This document shows positions 9,772 through 19,516 of a stretch of DNA of 64,000 bases, in pieces; position 1 is the stretch's first letter; each line of letters begins with the position of its first letter. The translations under genes and the position numbers were made by a program. The DNA comes from a virus. Below the pieces are notes generated by a model. The model was not told the DNA's origin. It saw only the letters and a list, made by a program, of their open reading frames with translations, and did no database searches. The DNA is taken from the IMG/VR virus record IMGVR_UViG_3300036800_000311, positions 32,001-96,000 of that record, one strand, 5' to 3'.

Positions 9772-12527
9772 GCCCGATCTTCGAGCCGACCGTCCAGGAG
9801 TTCCGGCGGACCACGTTCCGTCTCGTCGGCCCTCGCGCCCTCGTCTTCCCGACCGCGCTGGAGGCCAACGTCGCCGTCCTCGCCCGCACGGACATGGTTG
9901 CCCGGCCGCTCCCCGTCGCGGACCTGCCTCACTCCCCCGACTTCGCGTCGGGATCCTGGACGGGACGCCTCGGCGACGCCGCCGACGGGACGCTTACCTG
10001 GCCGAACAAGGAGGCGACGGACGGCACGCCCTGGCGCTACCGCTTCTCCCCGACGGGGAAGCTGATGTGGCTGGAGGTCTACCTCGACGGGTACCTCGAC
10101 GCGACGCTCTGCATCACGAAGGTCACGACCGCCCGCGACCGCGTCGACGTCTACGCGACGGACGGCTTCTTCCAGTGCAAGTCCGCGTACGAGCGCGACT
10201 GGATCGTCGTCAAGGCCCCGAGGGACGTCATCGAGTGCGGGACCCAGGTGTGGGTCCCGGCGACCGCGGACGGCTTCCCCCCGGGGGCGCTCAACGCGCA
10301 GTGGACTACGACGGTGTTCGGAGGCGCGACGGTCACCATCGGCGCCTCCGGGGGCGCCGTCTTCACAGTTCCCGGAAGCCAGAGCGCCGCGATCTCCTCG
10401 AGCGCCTCCGTGGCTAGCACGGCGGCATGGAGTGCGACGTGCACCGTCCAGAACTTCGGCGGAGCGGGCCTCGGAAGCAACGCGGTGTCGCTGAGGATCA
10501 CGGAGTCGTCGGGGGACGTGTACTTCATTCAGGCTGGGAGTGGCGTCGTACTCTTCCAGGGCGGTGGTTCTGGATTCGGCCAGACGCAACTCGCGACCGC
10601 GCCGTCGTACGCACTCAGCATCGAGTCAGACGGCGAATGGATCTGGGGGTTCGTCAACGGCCAGCTTGTCGGCTGCGGGCGACGAAACCACGCGACCACC
10701 ACGTCGCTGGCGACGCAGATCAAGATGAACGCGACGAGCGGCTCCGCGGCGGCGATGACGGTCACTGGGGTCCTCGTTGAGTACCAGGCGCCGTTCCTGA
10801 TGCGCGGCTCCGACAAGGGCGACTACGTGCTCCCCGGGGGCGCGACGACGTATCCCGTCGGCGGCGTCCACGCCCGGTACTACAACGACCTCGACCTCCA
10901 GGCGACATCCAACCGACTCTCACTGATCATGGCGCCGACGCGCGGCCAGGCGTACGGCGGATCCTCCGGGACGCCGGAGTATCAGAACCAGCAAGACGCC
11001 CAGATCAACGGGCAGAGCAACCCGCTCCCAGGCGCCGCGACATCGAACTGGTCGTGCCGATGGTTCGGGGCGATCTGGCTGCCGCTCGGATCTGGGGACT
11101 TCGGGATGCAGATCGACCTGCCCGCCGCGTCGGGATGCGCCGTTCGGGTCTGGATCGGGAAGACCCTGTTCGGTACCCAGTTAGCAGACGGCTGGACGTT
11201 CGGCGCGAACCCCGGCGCGTACGGCTGGACGGTCTCCGCGTCCGCGCTCGCCGGAACGCTCCCCTACGGAGTCGGGACGGCGTCCCGGACCGGCTGGTAC
11301 CCGATCGTCGTCGAGTACGCCGTCGACGCGACCGCCCACGGCGCCCCGATCCTGAGGATCAACAACAGCCCGGCGACCTACACGGACCCCGGCGGGTCGG
11401 TGATCGCGTCCGGCGCGCAGACGACGCCCGTCCCGACGACGAGCCTCTCCCCGCTCGGATGCGTCGACAACCGCTACCAGGGGACGTCGCACTACGACCT
11501 CGTCCAGAAGACCGCCGCCGCCTTCGGCTACCAGGTCGCCGTCGAGCCGCAGTCGCTGGAGTCCGGCCTCTTCCCCGGCGTCCTCGCACCACGGCTCCGG
11601 GAGGGCCACGACACCGACGTCACGCTCGAGCCGGACGACACGAAGCGGGCGGAGAGCATGATCAACTACACGTCCGCCCTCGACGCGACGGACTTCGCCT
11701 CCTCGATCCAGGGGAACGGCGCCGGGTTCCAGTCCGGGAACACTGGGCAGCTCCAGGCGAAGGTCTACGACGCGCCGACGCTCTCCGCCTCCCTGTTCGA
11801 CTCCCAGGGCTGGCAGGACTCCGCGGACGCGTCGTACGTGTCGCTGCTCCAGGCGACGCTGAACTCCGAGCTCGGGCTGAGGCTCGGCCCGTGGCAGATG
11901 GTCGCCGGGGACCCCGCGGGCCGCCATCGCCTCGCGTACTCCTGGCCGCTCCCGAGCGCGCTGTCCCAGATGCGCTGGCGTCCCGGCGACGGCGTCCTGA
12001 TCCGAGCGAGGGACATCAACGTCTACGACGTCACCCCCCGTCAGATGCTCCTTATCACCCGGCAGATCCAGGAGGACGGGACCGTCGGCACCCAGGCCGG
12101 GTTCGCCGCACGCCCGAAGACCCCCGTCCAGGCGATGCGCAAGGTCGTCGCGTCCTCGCTCCGCCCGCAGCGGAACTACCAGCCGCAGATGGTCACGCTG
12201 ACCGGGACCTACGTCACCAGCACCGTCGCCGCCAACTCGACCGACACCGCGTTCTCCGCCATCGCACTGCTCCCCGGCGATCAGGTCATGAGCGCCACCG
12301 TCCGAATCGTCCTGAACTCTACGCCCGCGGTCGTCAATCTCTTCGTCAACGGAGCCGACCAGACGACCGTGCTAGGCGGACCATGGGGAGGGGCGGTACC
12401 GCTCGTGATCCCCATCAAGGCGGTCGCCGCGGTCTCGGGCGGAGGCGTCCTCTACGCGCAGGTTCACAACGGCAGCGGCGCGGCCTCGACCTTCCAGTAC
12501 CAGCTCCTCGTCGACGTCAAGCGCTAG
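9768..12527 (+). CDS. Minor tail/adsorption protein with PA14-like domain
   Basis: ATGA overlap with previous gene; VHARYYND..NWSCRWFGAIWLP..AVRVWIG..GWYPIVVEY matches the PA14 pattern. Confidence 0.72.
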   Translation: MSPIFEPTVQEFRRTTFRLVGPRALVFPTALEANVAVLARTDMVARPLPVADLPHSPDFASGSWTGRLGDAADGTLTWPNKEATDGTPWRYRFSPTGKLMWLEVYLDGYLDATLCITKVTTARDRVDVYATDGFFQCKSAYERDWIVVKAPRDVIECGTQVWVPATADGFPPGALNAQWTTTVFGGATVTIGASGGAVFTVPGSQSAAISSSASVASTAAWSATCTVQNFGGAGLGSNAVSLRITESSGDVYFIQAGSGVVLFQGGGSGFGQTQLATAPSYALSIESDGEWIWGFVNGQLVGCGRRNHATTTSLATQIKMNATSGSAAAMTVTGVLVEYQAPFLMRGSDKGDYVLPGGATTYPVGGVHARYYNDLDLQATSNRLSLIMAPTRGQAYGGSSGTPEYQNQQDAQINGQSNPLPGAATSNWSCRWFGAIWLPLGSGDFGMQIDLPAASGCAVRVWIGKTLFGTQLADGWTFGANPGAYGWTVSASALAGTLPYGVGTASRTGWYPIVVEYAVDATAHGAPILRINNSPATYTDPGGSVIASGAQTTPVPTTSLSPLGCVDNRYQGTSHYDLVQKTAAAFGYQVAVEPQSLESGLFPGVLAPRLREGHDTDVTLEPDDTKRAESMINYTSALDATDFASSIQGNGAGFQSGNTGQLQAKVYDAPTLSASLFDSQGWQDSADASYVSLLQATLNSELGLRLGPWQMVAGDPAGRHRLAYSWPLPSALSQMRWRPGDGVLIRARDINVYDVTPRQMLLITRQIQEDGTVGTQAGFAARPKTPVQAMRKVVASSLRPQRNYQPQMVTLTGTYVTSTVAANSTDTAFSAIALLPGDQVMSATVRIVLNSTPAVVNLFVNGADQTTVLGGPWGGAVPLVIPIKAVAAVSGGGVLYAQVHNGSGAASTFQYQLLVDVKR

Positions 12528-12811
12528 CTCGTCGCGCTGCGCACCACGTAGATCGCCGCCGCCGCCGCGAGCACGAGCAGGACGATCAGTACGATCCCAG
12601 AGTGCGTGGCGGCCCCCAGTAGCGCCGCGAAGAGGGAGAGAAGACCCCAGGTCAGCCAGCCGTACCAGACGCGCTTCGGCAGGGATGCCTTCGGGGCGTC
12701 CGGAGTGGGCCACGAGCCGGTCTTGAGCGCGTGCTCCTCGGCCGGACTCAGGGAGTATCCGAGGGCCGCGGAGCGACGCAAGACGTTGATCTCGGCTTCG
12801 GTAAGCAGCAT
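12524..12811 (-). CDS. Small membrane protein (moron)
   Basis: Two C-terminal hydrophobic helices; opposite strand to tail genes. Confidence 0.65.
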   Translation of the reverse strand: MLLTEAEINVLRRSAALGYSLSPAEEHALKTGSWPTPDAPKASLPKRVWYGWLTWGLLSLFAALLGAATHSGIVLIVLLVLAAAAAIYVVRSATS

Positions 12812-12833
12812 TTCAGGTTCCTTTCTCGTGTCT

Positions 12834-13790
12834 CTAGGGCGTCACGACTACGGTGCCCGTCGAGGACGCCCAGCCGGGAACGCCGCCCCAGGCGGCCGTG
12901 ACGGACCAGGCCGTCACCTGGCCGGGCGAGGAGGCCTGGAGGTAGGCCATGTCCGTCATGCAGTCAGGCGAGAAGACCTCAGACGTCGGCCCGGCGGAGT
13001 AGTTCTGCGGGTCGTAGGCGACCTCCAGCGTGCAGGTCTTACCCAGCGGGACGGTCCCCGCCGACTGCCCCGAGAAGGAGATCGCGACCGACCCCGTCAG
13101 CGCGACCCCGTTCTGATCGACGCCCCCGGTCGTCATCACGTAGCAGGTCTCCGTCTCGTCGAGGTTCGGCTGGAGGTTCGGGGGCGCGTGCTCGCAGGCG
13201 ACCGGCGTCGCGGAGACGGACGTCGTCGTCCCGAACGGTACGATCGTCTCCGTGTCCGTCTCGGTCACGGCCGAGGCGGCGTTCGGGATGTACTCCGTCG
13301 TGACCTGGTAGGTCCCCGTCTCCGTGTAGGTGATCGGACAGGACGCCGCGCTGATCGCCCCGCCGACGTTCGTCGAGCAGTAGAGGCTCCGAGGTCCGCC
13401 GGGCGTCACGGACGAGTAGAAGTTCAGGATCCCCGACGGCAGCTGGTCCGTCGCGGCCAGGTTCGTCGCGGCACCCCCGACCGTCGCGGTCGCCGTCGCC
13501 GAGTAGGCGTAGGTCACGGCCAGCGGGTTCGTCGGCGACTGCGTGAAGGTCGGGTCGACGCCCGCCCGGTAGGAGACGGTCGGCTTGGGCCTCACGGCCT
13601 TCTTCCGCACGCAGCGAGCGACGCGGACCCGGACGACGTGGCCGTGGCGGCGCTCGCGGACGCGGACGAGCTTCCGTACGTATCCCCTCGGGCAGTGGCG
13701 GACCTTCGCGCGCGCGGACGATGCCCCCAGCGCGGACCCAGCGTAGGAGCCGACGGAGCAGAGTAGGACGATGAAGATCTTGCGAATCAT
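12834..13790 (-). CDS. Secreted Thr-rich Ig-like protein (moron)
   Basis: Signal peptide MIRKIFIVLLC..; basic Cys segment CPRGYVRK..CVRKK; beta-rich repeats (GTYQVTTEY, VTAAWGG); SD-like AAGGGG before 13790, alternative start 13817. Confidence 0.7.
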   Translation of the reverse strand: MIRKIFIVLLCSVGSYAGSALGASSARAKVRHCPRGYVRKLVRVRERRHGHVVRVRVARCVRKKAVRPKPTVSYRAGVDPTFTQSPTNPLAVTYAYSATATATVGGAATNLAATDQLPSGILNFYSSVTPGGPRSLYCSTNVGGAISAASCPITYTETGTYQVTTEYIPNAASAVTETDTETIVPFGTTTSVSATPVACEHAPPNLQPNLDETETCYVMTTGGVDQNGVALTGSVAISFSGQSAGTVPLGKTCTLEVAYDPQNYSAGPTSEVFSPDCMTDMAYLQASSPGQVTAWSVTAAWGGVPGWASSTGTVVVTP

Positions 13791-13827
13791 GTGGTGCCCC
13801 CTTGGGTTTCGAATCATGTGGGCGCTC

Positions 13828-13835
13828 AGTATACT
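13828..13835. promoter_or_regulatory. Palindromic AGTATACT -10 element, probably bidirectional
   Basis: Between divergent genes; minus-strand GTAGTATACTGAGCG is identical to 60759-60773. Confidence 0.65.
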
Positions 13836-13849
13836 ACGAGGAGGAAGGC

Positions 13850-14926
13850 ATGTCGAAAAGATTTCTGCGCTCCGCTACGGCCGAGAGGCCGAGGGCGAGC
13901 GTATCCCCCGACCGGCGCGTCGGAGGACCGTACGCGAGCGCTCACGCTCCCCTGGGCCTATTCCTGGCCGTCGCCCTGACGGCGCTCGCGCTCGTCGGCT
14001 GCGGCGGGTCGAGTCACCCCGCGCACGGCTTCCGAACGGCGGTCGGAGTCCAGGCCCACAGCCCGACGTTCGGTCTACCCCCGAAGGGCGTAGCGCCGCC
14101 GCAGCGATCCGTCACCGCGACCGCGGAGATGTACGACTCCGTGACCATCTCGACGATCCCCGCCGCCGCTCGCGCCGTCGCGGGATACCTGCTCCCGTCG
14201 TCCTGGCCGACGTACGGGAACGGGTCGCTCGCTCGCGCGTTCCCCCACGCCGTCCGAGTTCCGATCGCCGTCCAGTCCTACGTGATCATCCGCGGGGTGA
14301 CGCTCGGCTGCCTCGACGTCGAGCCGGGGGACGCGGTCCCGTCGCAGGCTCCTGGCTGGGTCCGCGCGGAGCTCGCCGCCCACGTCAAGCCGTGCGTCTA
14401 CTCGAACCTCTCGGAGTGGGCTCAGGTCCGCTCCTACCTCGCCTCCGCGGGGATCACCCGGAGCTCCTACTACGCCTGGCTGGCGTACTGGACGTACCAC
14501 CCCGGGCTCGTCGGCGGATACGACCTCGTCCAGTGGACGAACCACGCCCTCGGGCGCAACCTCGACGAGAACACAGTCTCCCTCGCGGTCCTCGGAGCCA
14601 CCCCGAGGCCGCGGACGGTCTGCTTCGGCAAGAACGCCCAGGGCAGCGCGGCCTGTCGGAGGATCCACGCCGAGGTCGCCGGGTGGGCTCGGGGTCGCGA
14701 CGCGAGCGCTCGGGCGTTCGCCGCTCGCGGCTGCCCGAAGCTCGACCAGCGGGACACCTGGTTCGCGCAGATGCTCAAGAGGCACCCGCGGACGAAGACC
14801 GCGTACCGACGCGGCGCCCTCGCCGCCAGCCGCCGGGCGTACCGCCAGCGTGACTGCGCCACGTTCCTCGGGCGGCAGGAGAGCCTCGGGCGGCTCGTCG
14901 AAGAGACGACGAGACGATACTCGTGA
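13850..14926 (+). CDS. Endolysin, GH25-like muramidase with lipoprotein signal
   Basis: SD GAGGAGG; lipobox LALVG|C; MYDS..AVAGY..LDVEPGDA..PCVYSN..WLAYW..QWT..D TIM-barrel lysozyme pattern; lysis-cassette position. Confidence 0.7.
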   Translation: MSKRFLRSATAERPRASVSPDRRVGGPYASAHAPLGLFLAVALTALALVGCGGSSHPAHGFRTAVGVQAHSPTFGLPPKGVAPPQRSVTATAEMYDSVTISTIPAAARAVAGYLLPSSWPTYGNGSLARAFPHAVRVPIAVQSYVIIRGVTLGCLDVEPGDAVPSQAPGWVRAELAAHVKPCVYSNLSEWAQVRSYLASAGITRSSYYAWLAYWTYHPGLVGGYDLVQWTNHALGRNLDENTVSLAVLGATPRPRTVCFGKNAQGSAACRRIHAEVAGWARGRDASARAFAARGCPKLDQRDTWFAQMLKRHPRTKTAYRRGALAASRRAYRQRDCATFLGRQESLGRLVEETTRRYS

Positions 14927-15504
14927 GCGCGAAAGACGCGGGGGCGAGCGGCGGCTCGCTCCCGCTCTGGCAGAAGATCGTCGCGGCCGCCTACGTCGTC
15001 CTCGTCGTCGTCCTCGTCGTCGCGTTCTCCGGCCGGATCGGCCCGGACTTCTGGCCGCTGGACAGCTCGCGGGTCGGACCGAACATCGTCGCGGCGGTCG
15101 TCACCGTCCTGGTGATGACTCCCCTCGGCGTCCTCGTCTACCCGCCGACGCGGCGCTGGCTGGAGCTCCGCGTCGACCGCGTCGTCGCCCCGATCCACGA
15201 GCACCTCAGGCGAGCGCACGCGCACGCCGAGTGGCAGGCGCGAGCGACGGCGACGATGGTCCAGAGCCTGACCGGTGCCGCCGTCGCGCCGCACCCGCAC
15301 TTCGACGTCTCGCCCGCCGCGCGACGCGAGATCCCGATGGACGTCGTCGGCGCCGCACTCGCGGACCCGCTGACGGCCCGCCTCGGAGCCGGACCGGCCG
15401 CGCAGTTCCTCGCGACCGTCGGGGTCTTCGTCGGAGATCTATCCGCCGCGGCGCTCGTCCTGACGCTGACCAGCACCCCACCCCCGAAGGAGGAGAAGCA
15501 ATGA
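14923..15504 (+). CDS. Membrane protein (holin-like/lysis accessory)
   Basis: 2-3 TM segments; coupled to flanking genes. Confidence 0.6.
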   Translation: MSAKDAGASGGSLPLWQKIVAAAYVVLVVVLVVAFSGRIGPDFWPLDSSRVGPNIVAAVVTVLVMTPLGVLVYPPTRRWLELRVDRVVAPIHEHLRRAHAHAEWQARATATMVQSLTGAAVAPHPHFDVSPAARREIPMDVVGAALADPLTARLGAGPAAQFLATVGVFVGDLSAAALVLTLTSTPPPKEEKQ

Positions 15505-16241
15505 GCCTGATCCACATCCCCGAGGAGGTCGTCGACGGCAAGCGCCTCGGACGGCACATGGACGCCCGCACGGCGACCAAGCGCGACGCTGGAGGGCCGC
15601 CGCCGATGGCGAGGACGATCGTCTCCGTCGCGCACAAGGCGTTCGGGCTTCCGCTGAACCAGGGGAACGTCGGGAAGTGCACCGCGGAGATGATCGCCGG
15701 GGCCTGCAACACCCGGCCGCACTACATGAGCAACCTCTCGCCGCTCCCGAGGACGCTCGGCGATCACGACACCGACAAGGTCTACACCCGGGAGACGGCG
15801 AACGAGGGGCAGCCCTGGCCCGCGAACGACCCCGGCGGAACCGGGATCTACGCCGCGGAGGCCGCGATCGAGCTCGGGATCTGCTCGGACTACCAGGTCG
15901 CGACGGACCTCGACGAGATGCTCCGCGCGCTCGTCTTGCGTCCCGTCGGGACCGGCATCAACTGGTACGACAGCTTCGACTCGCCAGACTCGAGCGGCGT
16001 CGTGACCATCACCCCCGGCGCTCAGGTCCGCGGCGGACACGAGATCGTCGCCGTCGCGATCGACGCCGTCGCCAAGCGGATCGGCCTCCCGAACTCCTGG
16101 GGCACGGAGTTCGGCGTCGCGATCCCCTCCTGCGGCGTCCCCGGCGGCTGCTTCTGGGTCCCGTTCGACGTCATGGACAGGCTCCTCGGGGAGGGCGGCG
16201 ACGTCGTCGTTCCCCGCACCGCCCGCGGCTGGCACGCCTAA
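15501..16241 (+). CDS. Papain-like (C1-type) cysteine peptidase
   Basis: SD AAGGAGG; NQGNVGKC (Gln/Cys), GGHEIV (His), PNSWGTEFG (Asn). Confidence 0.85.
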   Translation: MSLIHIPEEVVDGKRLGRHMDARTATKRDAGGPPPMARTIVSVAHKAFGLPLNQGNVGKCTAEMIAGACNTRPHYMSNLSPLPRTLGDHDTDKVYTRETANEGQPWPANDPGGTGIYAAEAAIELGICSDYQVATDLDEMLRALVLRPVGTGINWYDSFDSPDSSGVVTITPGAQVRGGHEIVAVAIDAVAKRIGLPNSWGTEFGVAIPSCGVPGGCFWVPFDVMDRLLGEGGDVVVPRTARGWHA

Positions 16242-16273
16242 CCCTCAACCCCTCGAAGGAGAACCAACTCCCC

Positions 16274-16654
16274 ATGCTCAAGTTCACCATCCCGACGTGG
16301 CTCACCGTCATCCTCGGGCTCGTCGGAGGGATCCTGGAATACCTCAACCAGGCGAGCTTCCACCTAGCCTCGCCGTGGGGCCAGGTGATCACGTTCGGCC
16401 TCTACGCCGTCGGCGTCTTCGGGGTCTCCCCGCTGATCCACAACGCCTTCCGGAACGCGCTGCACATCTCCCCGCAGCTCGCTACGGTCATCACCATCCT
16501 CCTGACGCTCCTCGCGGCGGCGATCACGACGTTCTCGATCAGCGCCGACGTCAAGGGCGTCCTGGAGGGCATCGTCGCCTTCGCGGCGTTCGTCGGGTTC
16601 GGCCCGGCGCTCGGCGTCCTTCCTGGTCCAGCCGCCGCTCCTCCGGCGGTCTGA
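16274..16654 (+). CDS. Putative holin (4 TM, two repeated 2-TM units)
   Basis: SD AAGGAG; almost wholly hydrophobic; in lysis cassette. Confidence 0.65.
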   Translation: MLKFTIPTWLTVILGLVGGILEYLNQASFHLASPWGQVITFGLYAVGVFGVSPLIHNAFRNALHISPQLATVITILLTLLAAAITTFSISADVKGVLEGIVAFAAFVGFGPALGVLPGPAAAPPAV

Positions 16655-16655
16655 G

Positions 16656-17288
16656 GTGGGGAACGCACTGAACACGTTCTCCCTCGGGGACCTCGCGGAG
16701 TACACGACTGAGGGCTCGTTTGGCCCGGACGACAGTCCGGACGGTCGCCTGTTCCTCGTCGGCCGCGACGATATCCACGGGGTCCTGACCCATCTGTACT
16801 CTCGCGTCTCGCTCTCGATCGAGGCGACGATGTTTGGGTTCGACGACGACGAGCTGAACCAGATCATCTGGTCGAAGGTTGAGGATCCGACGATCGTCGT
16901 CGAGCAGGTCCTTGACAGCTCGCAGGCGGGCGGGGTCCACGAGAAGAAGATCCTCGCGTCCGACGCCGCCGCCGACCCGGAGAGGTACGCGGCGGACTTC
17001 GTGATCATGCGGTCCGACTCGGGGCAGATCGTCCACACCAAGGGCGGCGTCCTCGACGGGGTGGTCGGGTACGAGGGGTCGACGAACTGGTCGGCCTCCG
17101 GCGAGGGCACTGGCATCGGCCTCCACGGGGCGGCAAACGCGCTGGGGTTCAAGGCGCAGGAGAACACGCTCTTCGTCTTTACGAACCGCGTCCTGATCGC
17201 CAAGCTCAGCGCCCGAATCCGCTACACGGCGATCCAGGGACGAGCGCGAGCCGCCGCTAAGGCCGCCGCTACCCCTTCGGCTCCGTAG
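16656..17288 (+). CDS. Phospholipase D-family (single HKD) protein
   Basis: HTKGGVLDG..GSTNWS..QEN motif. Confidence 0.85.
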   Translation: MGNALNTFSLGDLAEYTTEGSFGPDDSPDGRLFLVGRDDIHGVLTHLYSRVSLSIEATMFGFDDDELNQIIWSKVEDPTIVVEQVLDSSQAGGVHEKKILASDAAADPERYAADFVIMRSDSGQIVHTKGGVLDGVVGYEGSTNWSASGEGTGIGLHGAANALGFKAQENTLFVFTNRVLIAKLSARIRYTAIQGRARAAAKAAATPSAP

Positions 17289-17382
17289 TCCCGGAGCCCT
17301 CAGAGCCTGGGGGGCGTGACACCCCTCCGGGATGGGCAATGGTCGACCTCGTTGTCGGCCAGCCTCTCCTCCCTCGGCCATC

Positions 17383-17417
17383 GGGCCGTCGGGTTCCTCG
17401 GAACTCGGCGGCCCTTT
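17383..17417 (+). terminator. Intrinsic terminator closing the late/lysis operon
   Basis: GGGCCGTCGGGTTC-CTCG-GAACTCGGCGGCCC-TTT. Confidence 0.7.
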
Positions 17418-17477
17418 GGTCGTTCTAGGGGCGATACGCGCGACGGCTAGCTAGTAGCCCCGGCGGAGCCGGGCTTC

Positions 17478-17849
17478 CTACTCGCTCCCCTGGTGATCGC
17501 TATGGTCGCGTGCACCCTCGCGGACGCCAGCGGCTGGCGTCTGCTCGCGTAGGTCTGTGAGGATCGGCCTGGTCACCCGGCGGACGGGCGGGTGGCGCCA
17601 GAGCGTCCGTAGTCCCCAGGCCGAGCCGTACGCGATCGCCGCGACGCCCACGAGCGCGAACGGGCCGAGCCAGATCGGTAGCACCCAGTGCAGGGGCGAG
17701 TGAACCCAGGCGGCGCCCGTGTCGGTTCCGTGTCGATTATGCGTTCGCCAGACCAACCCGACGATGAAGGTGGCCAGGAGGCCGCCCACGAACCAGACCG
17801 CCGCGAGGTTCGCGAAGAAGGCCCTGTTGACCTCCCAGCCGCGCCTCAT
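17478..17849 (-). CDS. Membrane protein
   Basis: 3' part of ORF 17478-18479; ATGA overlap with upstream gene; two TM segments. Confidence 0.55.
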   Translation of the reverse strand: MRRGWEVNRAFFANLAAVWFVGGLLATFIVGLVWRTHNRHGTDTGAAWVHSPLHWVLPIWLGPFALVGVAAIAYGSAWGLRTLWRHPPVRRVTRPILTDLREQTPAAGVREGARDHSDHQGSE

Positions 17850-18250
17850 GCGGTGTACGGCTGGCTGTAGACGTAGATCGCCCGCCAGCCTCCGTAGTAG
17901 ACCTCGCCGGGGGACGCGGCGATCCGGTACGTGTGCCCGGAGTACATCGCGAACAGCGGGACGGCCGTCGTCGGGTTCGCGGTGCTCACGCCGGAGGACT
18001 GGCACGAGCCGGAGATCGTGTACCAGTTCCCGTTCGCGTTGTAGACCTGACCGCAGGCCGTGACGGCCTTGTAGAGGTTGTACTGGGAGCCTCCGCAGCT
18101 CACCCCGGCGTAGTTGCTGGCGCCGATCTCGGCGGTCGCGGAGCAGTTGAGGCCGCTGAACTGGGTCGTGGTCGCGGACGCGGTGGACGCCAGGGCGAGC
18201 GCGGCGACGAGCGCCAGGGCGAGGATGGTGATGCGGCGTGCGTGGGGCAT
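17846..18250 (-). CDS. Secreted Cys/Tyr-containing protein
   Basis: Signal peptide MPHARRITILALALVAALALASTASA; SD AAGGG; four Cys. Confidence 0.7.
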   Translation of the reverse strand: MPHARRITILALALVAALALASTASATTTQFSGLNCSATAEIGASNYAGVSCGGSQYNLYKAVTACGQVYNANGNWYTISGSCQSSGVSTANPTTAVPLFAMYSGHTYRIAASPGEVYYGGWRAIYVYSQPYTA

Positions 18251-18324
18251 GGGTCGTTTCCCTTCTAGTTGGGTTGGCGGGGAGGAAGGTCCGACAGGGA
18301 ACCGCAACATACGAGCCTGAGAAG

Positions 18325-18788
18325 TCACGACAGCCACTCTCCGACGAGCCTTGATTCAATCGTCGGGCCCTCCATGAGCGCGGGCACCTTCGCAGTCTCT
18401 TCCCCCCACACATCGGCGTTCGTGATACCGCCGCAGCCGCACTCATAGCCTGGACAGCAGGCGTAGTCGTCAGGATCATCGCCGGTGGGTTCCTGGATCC
18501 GGCCTTGGAGGATGAGCGCCCAGCGCTCGGCGCCCTGGCGCGTCTGGTAGATCTTCGCCTTGCGGCGCTGGCCTTCGCGCCGCCAGACCACCCGGAACTC
18601 CCGACCGCTGACGGGCATGACCTTGACTCGCTCCACGCTACCTCCGAGCACCGGCTCCTGGGGCTCGTCGTGCGCGTTCCACTGGCCGACCGCCGCGCTG
18701 CCGATGTGCACTCGCCAAAGCGTCCATCCCTCTTGCGCGCGGTTCGTCACGGGGTCCTCCGGTCCGGCGGAGAAAGAAGCGCGCTCAC
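18325..18788 (-). CDS. Hypothetical protein
   Basis: Part of the coupled leftward operon; CCPGYECGC motif; start uncertain. Confidence 0.5.
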
Positions 18789-19102
18789 CATTCCAACCCC
18801 ATCGCCGTCGCCTCCGGCCGCCACTTCTCAACGAGACGATCCAGCGCTTCGGGATCCGTGTCGCGTAACGCTTCGATCGTCACTTGTAACAGGCCTCTGA
18901 TACCTTCGCGGCCCGCCCTCTGGACCCGCTCCCGATCGTCGATCAGCATCAGTCTCATCGCCTCCCAGGTAGCCAAGAGCGCCAGCTCGTCGGAGGACGG
19001 TGAGAGCCGAGCACTGGCTAGAACGGCCCAGGCGTGGGCGACGCTGCTCGGATCACGGTCTGCTCCCGGCCGCGGCGTCATCGCGGCACCGCCGCAGTCC
19101 AC
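18785..19102 (-). CDS. Hypothetical protein
   Basis: Coupled leftward operon; start uncertain. Confidence 0.45.
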   Translation of the reverse strand: MDCGGAAMTPRPGADRDPSSVAHAWAVLASARLSPSSDELALLATWEAMRLMLIDDRERVQRAGREGIRGLLQVTIEALRDTDPEALDRLVEKWRPEATAMGLEW

Positions 19103-19327
19103 CCGGCCGCCTCGGCCCGCTCACGCCGCAGCCTCACCGCAGCCGCAGCCTTCACAACGTACCCCTCACTCCACGTACGCGCCACTCCCGCTCCTGCGGG
19201 GTCGGAGACCCTGGGGTCTCCTTGCTCGCCGCGCGGACGCCCTGCCCGAACGGCCGGAGGTTCTCGACGGCGTCGCGCTCGGACAACTCTGGGAGGAGCC
19301 GGGGGCGGAGGATGCCCGCGAGCAGCC

Positions 19328-19516
19328 TCACGGCCGGGTTACCGTCATCGAGTTGCTGTGGAGGTAGGCGTCTATCCGCGCCGCGGCTCGCTGGCCGTCG
19401 ACGGTCAGGGAGAGGCGACGGTCCTCCCAGGGCCGCTCGCGGTCCTCCGCGACGACGCGGACGTACCCGGCACGCTCCAGTCGCGTGATCACCCGGCGGA
19501 CGCGCCGCTCCGTCAT
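19328..19516 (-). CDS. Small winged-helix (MarR-like) protein
   Basis: VITRLERAGYVRV..EDRRLSLTVDG. Confidence 0.5.
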   Translation of the reverse strand: MTERRVRRVITRLERAGYVRVVAEDRERPWEDRRLSLTVDGQRAAARIDAYLHSNSMTVTRP

